A stretch of 63,121 nt of DNA, counting the filler, from Hausera hauseri (lineage: Eukaryota), in assembly GCA_046269625.1 (NCBI GenBank). It is 12 parts of 12 records of this genome, joined end to end, with 100 filler letters (N's around TTAATTAATTAA, not from the genome) between each part and the next. Parts side by side here need not be neighbours in the genome. Positions count along the whole stretch, not along the records: positions 1 to 4,628 come from JBJURY010497352.1; positions 4,729 to 10,580 come from JBJURY010179528.1; positions 10,681 to 14,900 come from JBJURY010693549.1; 9 more parts are not named here. One strand, written 5' to 3'. The position numbers were made by a program, and so were the translations under genes. The notes under the pieces were generated by a model. The model was not told where the DNA came from and made no database searches. It saw nothing but the letters and a program-made list of their open reading frames with translations. Below, piece by piece: positions 1 through 11,699 of the stretch (the stretch's first letter is position 1; every line of letters starts with the position of its first letter).

Positions 1-1266
1 GGCACTAATCTAGTAACTGAACGTGTAATAATCGGTGCACTATTTGGTTGACTTCGGCTGTATTTAATAATTGTTTTATTAGACGATAAGCATAGTAATT
101 TAGTGTACATGGATCCAAGGTAATGTGTTTTTTTTTTAATTTCTGTTTTCACACCCATCAGTAAGATCTTTAGTTCCCAGGACACGGTAAGATGAGTCAT
201 GTTTAAGTGACAAAGAAACGAAAATGGCTGGGGGGCAAAAAGTTAAAAAAAAAATGTGGCACTTAGTTAAAGTCTAAAGCTACCCATATTTCCCCACCCA
301 ACAATGAAACTAATTATCCCTTCATTTTTTCCCTAGCTTGGTGCAATCCATGTCCACATTCCAGTCACCTAGCCACGCCAGCGGTGAATACTACAGGTGC
401 ATCAAGGTTCGACGATCAATTTCACGTTCAAAGGTCACTTCCATGACCAGCCTTCGTCGAAACAAATGACACTTCTCACGGTACAGCACCTGACCATTGA
501 CCCGTGACCCACATCTATCAATTGTTTCCAGCGTCACTATCGTCATTCTCCATGGTTTCTTCTCAAACCACATGGCACTCTATTTCTTATCAACGTTTCA
601 AACTCGTTTCATTTGTTTCAACGTATCACACATACAGTATCACAGTCGTCAAGATCAAGTTACCGTACAGCTATTTGTATATTTAGACACCAGGACTGAT
701 GGACACTAGCTATTACTTTTCAGATTAATGGGACACCTCGTGTACTAGCGGACTACAGAAAGAACTAGACTATAAATAATGGACCATTGTTACTACCGAC
801 CCAAAGCGCAAGTTTTCGGATGCCAAGATGGTCAAGTTTAATGACATTTTAGTGTTGCCAAGACATTCTCATTTTTTTCTCGTTGATATCATCACATGTT
901 TTAATTCAATTTGTCATTGTTGCATTTTTTTCATTCTCATTTTATTCTCGTTTATCTGCATGACTGACATTTATTATCATAAGTTTGTTTAATATTTTGT
1001 GTTGATATAATTCATATAATTTTTAGTTTCAATACTATTTTGCTTGTCCTAAGTCCTGTCAAGCCTAGCCTACTATAGATCACTGTCTATCCTGGACTCT
1101 ATTTCTATTGTTATTATGGACTGCATTTTTAGTATTTCTTTTAATGTTTTGATGTTGACATGTTAATTAAACGACCTTGTAAGGTCAGAGTGAAAGTTAA
1201 CTACGTGAGACACCTGAAGGATGCCAGATTTTGTTACTTGTAGCACATAAGATGGATCAATGTGCT

Positions 1267-1286
1267 AAAAGAGGCATGGGGGGAGT
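1267..1286 (+). promoter_or_regulatory. Polypurine tract (plus-strand primer site)
   Basis: AAAAGAGGCATGGGGGGAGT immediately precedes TGTTGTGA, the LTR start. Confidence 0.7.
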
Positions 1287-1850
1287 TGTTGTGAGGAGGT
1301 GTTGGATAAATGAGTAGGGGAGTAAAGAGGTGGGCGAAATCAAATGACCAACGCCATTAACGGGGGGTCATGGCAGGACACGCCATCTGAGGGGGGACAG
1401 CGACAGGTATAGTTTATGGGTTATGGGCGTGAGAAAGGATAGCGGACTGAACTATGTTAGACAGGGGGGTACGTGAGAAAGAGGGAGTACGGACAACTGG
1501 GGACAAGTTATAAGGACGGACAGTCGGACAGTCGGGGAGAGATTGTTGTCGGGGCTAGAGAGCGTTGCCCGTTGACGGGGCTGGAGTGTAGAGACGGGGC
1601 TGTAGAGCGGAGCCAGTTTTAGTAGAGGGGATTTGAGGACAAGAGACTGAGTGTTGTAGAGTGGATTTGCATTTATGAACTGAACATTACTTTCATTATT
1701 GTGTTTGGCATTTGCCTTGATTTGATTAAACATTATATTTGTTGTGAAGCCCCAGCCTTATTCATTGATTGTCTGGAGTGTTTGTCGAGTTACTAAGATC
1801 CCTGGTGATTGTTACGTGGAGCCCCAAATTCATCACGTAAAATCACAACA
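1287..1850 (+). repeat. LTR, about 564 bp, TG...CA with an 8-bp terminal inverted repeat
   Basis: Starts TGTTGTGA (1287) and ends TCACAACA (1843-1850). PPT lies upstream and a TGG-initiated PBS downstream. The 3' end could alternatively be the TCACAACA of a later repeat copy. Confidence 0.75.
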
Positions 1851-2017
1851 ATGGTGGAGCAGCAGACGTCTTAAGAAGACGAAGTGGACGACGTAAAATC
1901 ACAACAACTGGCGGAGCAGCAGACGTCTTAAGAAGACGTAGTGGACGACGTAATATCACAACACCCGGAGGAGCAGCAGTCGTCTTAAGCAGACGGAGGA
2001 CACGTTTATTCACAGCA
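1835..2017 (+). repeat. About 3.3 tandem copies of a 56-57-bp unit spanning the LTR end, the PBS and a hairpin
   Basis: Units start at 1835, 1891, 1948 and 2002 (partial). Approximate consensus ACGTAAAATCACAACA-N-TGGYGGAGCAGCAGACGTCTTAAGAAGACG-NNGTGGACG. Confidence 0.9.
1852..1859 (+). promoter_or_regulatory. Primer-binding site (TGGTGGAG, tRNA-Ala-like)
   Basis: Lies 1 nt after the LTR end and is complementary to a tRNA 3' end ...CUCCACCA. Only 8 nt match, so tRNA identity is tentative. Confidence 0.5.
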
Positions 2018-2812
2018 GTTATTGAGATATTGCAGAGAAGCAGAAGTTAAGAAGACGTCGCAGACATTTGAGAGACTTTTACGTTGTGTAGCAGGTCGTA
2101 TTACGCCTGAGTTTCTGAACTTTGAGGAAGTTAAGCAGCCTGTACCGGTCCCTGTGTTCCTTGAGACGGTTTACAGTGTGCAGTGTCGAGTCTACCCACT
2201 GGAGGCGAGCTGGTGGCTGACTGAGCTAGTGGAATCCTGAATCCCTAGACTAAGATAAGTGCCACATTTCAGTTTTATTACATTTTTGGAGACACCTTTA
2301 GACTCAGTTACTTAAATTGACTCTTTAGGTTATATGTTTGTCTATCGTCACTAGATAATTCTTTGCTAGGCATTAGAGTAAACCACAGCTTGGGAAATAA
2401 CCTAGGGTTAGAGGGGTGATTTCAAAATTTATTTTGTTCTCACTAAGGTTTTCCCTGTGTTTTATTTTAATATTGCTCGTTAGTTGTGATTGTTTCGTTC
2501 GTAAAACGTTTATCTCTGTCATCATCATCATCATCCTGTGTATGGTGTCATTGTTTTCTTGTTGTTCCTTCCAGTTATTTCTTCTATCGTATCACTGTCC
2601 TCAACTCATAAGTCTCACCAACAGTTCATTTTGTGTTAATTCATTCAACTCATGACAGTTTAATTTTTTTAAACTAATTCCTTGATTGTACTATAAACTG
2701 AAAGTCAGTTATTTTGTAATGTTGGTGTCTTTGTGACACAGAAGTTTAATTACGGGTTGTCTAAGTTACTAAGTTGTGCCTCACATTCAGAAAGATATAA
2801 ATAGACAGAGAA

Positions 2813-4435
2813 ATGGACCCCGATAAACTTGAGATACTTTATGATTTAGGTATGAAAATGGGCTACAAAAAGGAGGAGTTAGAAAATTGGGTGACGAAAA
2901 AGCAGGAAGAATATGAAGCCCGGGAGATAAGGAGAGAAGAAAGAGAAGCGGCGAGATTAAAAGAAGAACGAGAAGCAGCAGAAATGAAGGCAGAAAGAGA
3001 AGCAGCAATTAATCTCGATCTGCAAAAACTCGAGAAAAATAAGGAAATACAATTAAAGAAAATCGAAGCAGACAAGGAGGTTTCAAAATTGAAGATCGAG
3101 AATCAACTCAAAGAAATAGGAGCTGATCATGATATAAATTTAAATTTTTCAACCAGAAAAATTAGAGATAGAAGTAGAGAACCTCTTACTCCAAAATGGA
3201 GCCAACAAAAACAACAACATCAGCAACGTTCAAGATCGAACTTTAGAAATAGATTAAGATGTTACAGTTGTGGATCACTGTCCCACATTATGCGACATTG
3301 CCGTAAGCCTGATTACAGCTTTCAAGATAGTCAGCAAAAGTATATTTCACCTACACCTAGACAGAATAATCAAACGCACAAGTCATTAGTTACAGTCATT
3401 GAAGGAGAGCGAGAAACACTTCCCACAGTGACCACTTTTGTTAATGATAGACGAGCGGTCGGCATTCGTGATTCTGGTACTACAGTAATAGCCGTTAGGG
3501 ATACTTTAGTCCGACCACACCAATATACAGGTCGTACTAGGGGAATAGAAGTTTTTGGAGGAAAGATAAATTATTGGCCAACCGCTAGAGTTTTTGTTAG
3601 ATCACCTTACCTCATAGGACAGGTAGAGGCAGTGGTGTTTTCAAAAGGTCCTTATGACGTTATTATAGGTAACGTACTCAGTGTCAAAGTACCCACACAA
3701 CACGATAAAGAGATTTGGGAAAAATTTTACGGAAACACTAACGAGGCAAAAGCAGAAGTCAAAACTGGCGTCATTAATTTTGCTCATACGAGAGACAGAA
3801 ATGAATCTATTCAGATAAGAAGAGACAATGTTCCCATTAAAGTAACACAAAACGATGTAGCAAAAGAAGAGTCTATTTTAAGCCCAGCAGCGTGTCGCGA
3901 AATGCAAAATACCTATCTAACTATAGCAGCGATTGAAAAGTTAGTAGATCTAATCAAAGAGTTTATATGCAAGAAAGATTCACAAGTAGATCAGAAAGCA
4001 TGTGTTGAGCAGAAAGCGAGTGTAGAACAACAGAACGTTAGTGGAGAACAGAAAACTAGTCCAGACAAATTTACTGATAGCGAAGAAACTCTAACAATCA
4101 TAAGTGATAAAGAAATAACAAGACAGAGAAATAATAATCCGAAACAGGAGTTTAACATTGGAGACAACGTCTTAGTACTTTTGAGAGAGAAAATCGACAT
4201 TAAGCACAGAACATGGCAAGGCCCATATGAGGTTAAGAAAGTCTTGAATGCGGGAAAATATGAGATTGCCTTGCCAGGACAGACAACAATATTTCACAGC
4301 AATCTTTTAAAACCGTGTAATCAGCGACCCAGAGTGACTACACGTGATAGACCGTCAGTAACCGATTATGAATTAGATGATGATGAGTATAGTATAGAGG
4401 AATACACTTCAGAATTCAGACGAATGATCGACTAA
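2813..4435 (+). CDS. Deleted Gag-protease-integrase C-terminus polyprotein (540 aa)
   Basis: N-terminal E/K/R-rich coiled coil; zinc knuckle CYSCGSLSHIMRHC (3260-3301); aspartic protease motif GIRDSGTTVIAV (about 3470) with DVIIGN; integrase C-terminal module FNIGDNVLVL...WQGPYEV...FHSNLLKP (about 4150-4315). No DDE core and no RT YxDD. Confidence 0.85.
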   Translation: MDPDKLEILYDLGMKMGYKKEELENWVTKKQEEYEAREIRREEREAARLKEEREAAEMKAEREAAINLDLQKLEKNKEIQLKKIEADKEVSKLKIENQLKEIGADHDINLNFSTRKIRDRSREPLTPKWSQQKQQHQQRSRSNFRNRLRCYSCGSLSHIMRHCRKPDYSFQDSQQKYISPTPRQNNQTHKSLVTVIEGERETLPTVTTFVNDRRAVGIRDSGTTVIAVRDTLVRPHQYTGRTRGIEVFGGKINYWPTARVFVRSPYLIGQVEAVVFSKGPYDVIIGNVLSVKVPTQHDKEIWEKFYGNTNEAKAEVKTGVINFAHTRDRNESIQIRRDNVPIKVTQNDVAKEESILSPAACREMQNTYLTIAAIEKLVDLIKEFICKKDSQVDQKACVEQKASVEQQNVSGEQKTSPDKFTDSEETLTIISDKEITRQRNNNPKQEFNIGDNVLVLLREKIDIKHRTWQGPYEVKKVLNAGKYEIALPGQTTIFHSNLLKPCNQRPRVTTRDRPSVTDYELDDDEYSIEEYTSEFRRMID

Positions 4436-4628
4436 CTAAACTGTCAAGCAGAAGGTGTATAAATATGAAGTAGTATAATACTACTGATAGTAACGTAAAA
4501 ATATCCATTTCTCAGTCTTTTACTCATTCATAATGTATTTAGGTTTTTGGTTCTATGTTTGGCACTAATCTAGTAACTGAACGTGTAATAATCGGTGCAC
4601 TATTTGGTTGACTTCAGCTGTATTTAAT

Positions 4629-4728
4629 NNNNNNNNNNNNNNNNNNNNNNNNNNNNNNNNNNNNNNNNNNNNTTAATTAATTAANNNNNNNNNNNNNNNN
4701 NNNNNNNNNNNNNNNNNNNNNNNNNNNN
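4629..4728. other. Artificial contig spacer (N44-TTAATTAATTAA-N44); also at 10581, 14901, 19285, 23381, 33658, 39400, 43871, 48989, 54034 and 58415
   Basis: The same 100-bp structure occurs 11 times, has stops in six frames, and separates unrelated sequences. Confidence 0.98.
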
Positions 4729-7700
4729 AGATGTAATCGTCACAGGTAGTCGTCACATGTAGTAGTCATATGTAGTCTTGACATGTAGTCGTCACATGTA
4801 GTCGTCATATGTAGTCTTCACGTGTCGTAACATGTAGTCTTCACATATAGTGGTCAGATGCAATCGTCACATGTAGTCGTCGTATGTAGTTGTCACATGT
4901 CGTGTTAACATGTAGTAGTCTCATGTTGTCGTCAGAAGTAGTCATCACATGTAGTCGCCACATGTAGTCGTGACATGTAATTGTCACATGTAGTCTTTAC
5001 ATGTATTCGTCATATGTAGTCGTCACTTGTAGTCTGTACATGTAGTCGTCACATGTAGGAGTCGCATTTAGTCTTCACATATAGTCGTCACATGTCTTCA
5101 CGTGTAGTCGTTACATGTAGCCTTGACATGTAGTCTTCACATGTAGTCATAATATATTATCGTCATATATTCGTCATATATTATCGTCACATATAGTCGT
5201 CACATATTCGTCACATAGTCATCACGTAGTCGTCACATATTCTTCACAAGTAGTCGTCACATTTATTTGTTACAGGTAGTCGTCACATGTAATCATCACA
5301 TGTAATCCTCGCGCGTAGTTGTCACATGTCGTCGAATGTAGTCGGCGCATGTACTCGTCACATCTAGTAGTCACATGTGGTCGTCACATGTAATCTTCGC
5401 ATGCAGTCATCACATCTAGTCGTCACATAGTTGTCACATATTGTCTTTACATGTAGTCGTCACATGTACTCGTCACATGTACTCTTCACATGTAGTTGTC
5501 ACATGTAGTCTTCACATCTAGTCATCACATGTATTTCTCACACGTAGTTGTCACATGTCGAATGTACTCGTCACGTGTAGTCTTCACATGTACTCGTCAC
5601 TTGTAATCCTTACATGTAGGCGTCACATGTAGTCATCACATGTAGTTGTCACATGTAGCCGTCACATGTACTCGTCACATGTCGTCACATGTAGTCGTCA
5701 CATAGTTGTTACATGCGTCCTCAGATGTAATCGTCACAGGTAGTCGTCACATGTAGTAGTCATATGTAGCCTTGACATGTAGTCGTCACATGTGATCGTC
5801 ACATAGTTGTTACATGCGTCCTCAGATGTAATCGTCACAGGTAGTCGTCACATGTAGTAGTTATATGTAGTCTTGACATGTAGTCGTCACATGTAGTCCT
5901 CACATGTAGTCGTTATATGTAGTCGTCAGATGTAATCGTCACGTGTAGTCGTCAGATGTAATCGTCACGTGTAGTCGTCACATGTAGTCCTCACATGTAG
6001 TTTTCACATGTAATTACATGTAGTCGTCACATGTAGTCTTCACATGTAGTCTTCACATGTAGTTGTCACATATCGTAACATGTAGTCTTTACATGGTCGT
6101 CACGTATAGTCTTCATATGTAGTCCTCACATGTCGTCACATTTATTTGTCACATGTAGTCGTCACGTAGTCGTCACATGTAGTCCTCACATGTAGGAGTC
6201 ACATGTAGTGTTTACATGTAGTCGTCACATGTCGTCACATGTAGTCGTTACATGTAGCCTTGACATGTAGTCTTCACACGTAGTCGTCACATATTCGTCT
6301 CATATACTGGTCACATGTAGTAATCATATATTATCGTCATATTCGTCATATATTATCGTCGCATATAGTCGTCACATATTCGTCACATAGACATTACGTA
6401 GTCGTGACATATATTCTTCACATGTAGTCGTCACAAGTAGTCGTCACATTTAGTCGTCACATGTAGACTTCACATGTAGTCATCACATGTAGTCCTCACA
6501 CGTAGTTGTCACATGTCGTCGAATGTAGTCGTCACATGTAGTCGTCACATGTAGTCTTCACATGTAGTCGTCACATGTAATCGTCACATGTAGTCGTAAC
6601 ATGTAGTCGTCAGATGTAATAGTCACAGGTAATCGTCACATGTATACTTCACATGTAGTCCTAACATGTCGTCATATATAGTCGTCACATGTAGTCGTCA
6701 CATGAGATCGTCACATAGTCGTTACATGCGTTCTCAGATGTCATCGTCTCAGGTAGTCGTTACATGTAGTAGTCACATGTAGTCTTTACATGTAATCGTC
6801 ACATGTAGTCTTTATATGTACTCGTCAGATGTAATCGTCACGTGTAGTCGTCACATGTAGTCTTCACATGTAGCCGTCACATGTCGTCGCACGTATTCGT
6901 CACAGTCTTCACATTTAGTCGTCATATGTAGTCTTTACGTATCGTATCATGTAGTCTTCACATATAATCGTCTGATGCAATCGTCACATCTAGTCGTCGT
7001 ATGTAGTTGTCACATGTCATCTTAACATGTAGTAGTCACATGTTGTCGTCAGAAGTAGTCTTCACATGTAATCGTCACTTTTATTCGTCACATTTAGTCG
7101 TCACATGTACTCGTCATATGTAGTCGCCACATATAGTCGTCACGTGTACTGGTCACATGTACTCTTCACATGTACTCGGCACGTAGTAATCACATGTGAT
7201 CGTCACATGTAGTCCTCACACGTGGTTTGCACATGTTGTCGTCAAATGTAGTCGTCTCGTGTAGTTGTTACATGTAGTCTTCACATGTAGTGGTCACATG
7301 CAGTTGTTACATATAGTCGTCACATGTAGTTGTCACATGTGATCTTCACATGTTGTCACATGTAGTCGTCATATATAGTCGTCACATGTAGTAGTCACAC
7401 GTGATCGTCACATTTTGTCGTCACATGTAGTCGCCACATGTGATCGTCACATGCAGTCGTCACATGTAGTCATCACGTGTAGTCACCACAGGTACTCGTC
7501 ACATATAGTCTTCGCATGTAGTCGTCACATCTAGTCGTCATATAGTTGTCACATATTGTCTTCACATGTAGTCGTCACATGTAGTCGTGACATATAGTCG
7601 TATCATGTAATCGTCACGTGTAGTCTTCACATGTACTCGTCACATGTACTCGTTTCATGTAGTTGTCACATGTAGTCTTCACATATAGTCATCACATGTA

Positions 7701-10580
7701 ATCTTTACATGTGGTCGTCACATGTAATCTTTACATGTGGTCGTCACATGTAGTCTTCACGTGTAGTGGTCACATGTAGTCGTCACATATAGTCGTCACA
7801 TGTAGTCGTCACATGTGATTGTCACATGTAGTCGTCACATAGTCGTCACGTGTAGTTGTGACATGTAGTCGTTACACGTAGTCGTCACATGTAGTGGTCA
7901 CATATTGTTGTCACATAGTCGTCACATGTAGTCGTCACATGTAATCGTCACATGTAGTGCTCACATGTAGTTGTCATATGTAGTCGTCACATGTAGTTGT
8001 TATATGTAGTCGTCACATGTAGTCATCACATGTAGTCGTCACATGTAGTCTTCACATGTAGTCGTCACATGGAGTCGTTACATGCAGTCGTCATATGTAA
8101 TCGTTACAGGTAGTCATCACATGTATACGTCACATGTAGTCGTCACATGTCGTGACGTGTAGTAGTCACATATAGTCGTCACATGTAGTCGTCACATGTC
8201 GTCACATATATTCGTCATATGCAGTCGTCACATGTCGCCGTCGTATGTAGTCGTCACATATCGTCTTAACATGTAGTCGTCACATGTCGTCAGAAGTAGT
8301 CTTTACATGTAATCGTAACATTCGTCACATTTAGTCCTAACATGTAGTCGTCACGTAGTCATCACATGTAGGCGTCACATATAGTATTGAAACGTACTCG
8401 TCACATGTACTCATCACATGTACTGGGCACATTTAGTTGTTGCATGTGGTCGTCACATGTAGTCTTCCCATGTAGAAGTCACATGTAGTCGTCACATATA
8501 GTCTTCACATGTAGTGATCATAGGCATTCGTCACATGTAGTCATCACGTGTAGTCGCCATATGTACTCGTCACATAGTCTACGTATGTAGTCGTCACATC
8601 TAGTCGTCACATATATTTGTTACATATTGCCTTCACATTTAGTTGTCACATATAGTCGTATCATGTAATCGTCACGTGTAGTCTTCACATGTACTCGTCA
8701 CATGTCGTCACATGTAATCGTTACATGTAGTTTGACATGTAGTCGTCATATATTCGTTACATAGTCATATCATGTAGTCGTCACATATTTCTCACATGTA
8801 GTCGTCACATTTAGTCATCACATGTAGTCTTCATATGTAATCATCACATGTAGTGTTCACACGCAGTTGTCACATATCGTCGAATGTAGTCGTCACGTGT
8901 AGTCGTCACATGTCGTCACATGTAGTCGTTACATGTAGCCTTGACATGTAGTCTTCACATGTAGTCGTCACATATATTCCTTACATGTAGTCGTCACATT
9001 TATTCGTTACATGTAGTCGTCACATGTAGTCATCACACGTATTTGTCAGACGTAATTGTCACATGTCGTCGAATGTAGTCGGCACATGCACTCGCCAAAT
9101 CTAGTAGTCACATGTGGTCGTCACATGTAGTCTTCACATGTAGTGATCATATGCATTCGTCTCATGTAGTCATCACGTGTAGTCGCCACGTGTACTCGTC
9201 ACAGCCTACGCATGTAGTCGTCACATTTAGTCGTCACATATAGTTGTTACATATTGTCTTCACATGTAGTCGTCACATATAGTCGTATCATGTAATCGTC
9301 ACGTGTAGTCTTCACATGTAGTCGTTACATGTAGTTTGACATGTAGACGTCACATTTAGTCTTCACATGTACTCGTCAAATGTCGTCACATGTAGTCGTT
9401 CCATGTAGTTTGACATGTAGTCGTCACATATTCGTCACAGTCATATCATGTAGTCGTCACATATTCCTCACATGTAGTCGTCACGTGTAGTCGTCACATA
9501 TCGTAACATGTAATCGTCACATAGTCACACATATAGTCGTCATATGTAATCGTCACATATAGTCTTCACATGTAGTGATCATATGCAGTCGTCACAAGTA
9601 TTTGTCACATGTAGTAATCACATGTGTTCGTCACATGTAGTCCTCACACGTGGTTGGCACATATTGTCGTCAAATGTAGTCGTCACGTACTCGTCACATC
9701 TAGTCGTCACATGTAGTCGTTACATGTAGTCGTCACATGTAGTCATCTCATGTAGTTGTCACGTGTAGTCGTCACAAGTACTCGTCTCATGTAGTAATCA
9801 CATGTGGTCGTCACATGTAGTCCTCACACGTGGTTGGCACATGTTCTCGTCAAATGTAGTCGTTACATGCAGTCGTCACATATAGTGGTCACATGTAGTC
9901 GTCACATATGATCGTCCCATGTGGTCGTCACATGTAGTCGTCAGAAGTATTCTTCACATGTAGTCGTCACATGTAATCGTCACATGTCGTCATATGTAGT
10001 CGCCTTATGTAGTCGTTGCATGTTGCCTTGACATGCAGTCTTCACATGTAATCGTCACATATATTCCTTACTTATCGACGTCCTGTGGTCATCATATATA
10101 ATCGTCACATTCGTCATATATTATGGCCACATAATCGTCACATATTCGTCACATAGTCATCACATGTAGTCATCACAGATATTCTTCACATGAAGTCGTG
10201 ACATTTAATCGTCACATTTAGTCGTCACACGTAGTCGTCACATGTCGTCACATGTGGTCGTCACATGTAGTCTTCACATGTAATTGTCACATGTAGTCTT
10301 TACATTTAGTCGTCATACGTAATCGTCACAGGTAGTCGTCACATGTAGACGTCACATGTAGTCTTCACATGTGGCCGTGACATGTCGTCACATGTAGTCG
10401 TCACATATAGTCCTCATATGTAATCGTCACATATAGTCTTCACATGTGATCATATGCAATCGTCACAAGTACTCGTCACATGTAGTAATCACATGTAGTC
10501 GTCACATGTAGTGGTCACATATAGTCGTCACATATCGTAACATGTAGTCTTCACACATTCGTCACATATAGTCGTCACAT
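4729..10580. repeat. 13-bp satellite, consensus GTAGTCGTCACAT, about 5.85 kb (roughly 450 units)
   Basis: Continuous degenerate tandem array filling the whole contig; ACATGT palindrome at unit junctions; no ORFs. Confidence 0.97.
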
Positions 10581-11699
10581 NNNNNNNNNNNNNNNNNNNN
10601 NNNNNNNNNNNNNNNNNNNNNNNNTTAATTAATTAANNNNNNNNNNNNNNNNNNNNNNNNNNNNNNNNNNNNNNNNNNNNCCTACGTGAATGGGGTCTAG
10701 TTAGAACAAAATTTAAAGTTTTTAATCCAACTAATTTATCAACAATGTGTTTTCTCCAAGTATAAATTGTCGCAATTTCATAGTAAACAACCACTTCAGT
10801 TGTGTTTTTACAAATATTTACAATGTTTTTACCATAAACAACGGTACAAATATCTGGTAACGACATAATGAACTTGTTTATTTTATCTTCTACATGTAAG
10901 TATATGAGTCTTTTAATTATATAATATTTGTTTAACGGATTAAACCTTCCAACAGATAGTTAGTTACTTTTTTGTATTTAATTTTTCCAACTATCTGTTG
11001 CAATGATTTTATAGGTCTGGCGCGATATAAATATATAAAAATTTTTGTAAAGAATTTTGAGAAGACTGGAATTATTTTTATAGCATTTAATGCATAGTTT
11101 AAGAAGACAACATGAATATTTTGCAATTTTTGCCAATGAATTTTTACGCAATATTTATCAGAGGGGAATCTAGAGTGGGGAGCGGGGACGGCTAACGATA
11201 ATATATAAAACAATGTAGAATAACTGACCTTTCTTTTGTTTAACGGCTCACTCTTTCCTTTGCCCTGGTGTTCCGTGGTTCCGGTTGTAAATTCGTTCCT
11301 TTCACTTCGGCTTGGATTAACGTGAAAAGAAGCACATTCAAAGGTTTTCCCGGTATTGGTTCGAATTTTTGTACATCTAGAATTGTAGATTTAGATCGTC
11401 TTCGCAAGCTCTTTTAGTGTCAGCTGAAATAAAAATTATATCGAATTTTTAAGGGGATTCGGAACCCATCCAAATCAATCATTGTGGCTCTTAAGAAAGC
11501 CGTTAACATTCCAAGAGCTCTTCTGAATCCGAATTCGGTTGATGTTTATTAATTTTAGGTATTTCGGATCGAATAGTGTCGATACTTTTTTGCCATCAAC
11601 AAGACTAGTCATACAATTGGCCGATAGCAAATTCATCGACTCCAAGTGATCCGAACAAAATTTTACATGGAATCTTGTTACGGGAACCGCTAAAACTGT

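Larger units (their letters stand above)
1..4628 (+). mobile_element. Non-autonomous Ty3/Gypsy (Gmr1-like) LTR retroelement, assembled as a 4560-bp circular permutation with one LTR
   Basis: Bases 1-68 recur at 4561-4628 with one mismatch. Order along the contig is PPT - LTR - PBS - long leader - gag/protease/IN-C-terminus ORF. Confidence 0.8.

Noticed and set aside
1835-2017. CRISPR-like array (repeats containing a hairpin)
   Set aside because: The whole unit repeats with no unique spacers, there are no cas genes, and the context is a retroelement leader.
391-2655. Short ORFs in the LTR and UTRs of the first contig as RT or RNase H remnants
   Set aside because: No RT (YxDD, LPFG) or RNase H (DAS) motifs were recognisable.
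4673-4684. TTAATTAATTAA palindrome recurring 11 times, as a biological repeat or piggyBac TTAA site
   Set aside because: Always centred in exactly 44+44 N, so it is a synthetic contig linker. Adjacency across it has no biological meaning.
4729-10580. Telomeric repeat or methylation (CpG-decay) signature
   Set aside because: Too degenerate and not G-strand-biased for a telomerase product. CG-to-TG/CA variants exist, but G-to-T (GTCTTCAC) looks at least as common, so no clear signal without counting.
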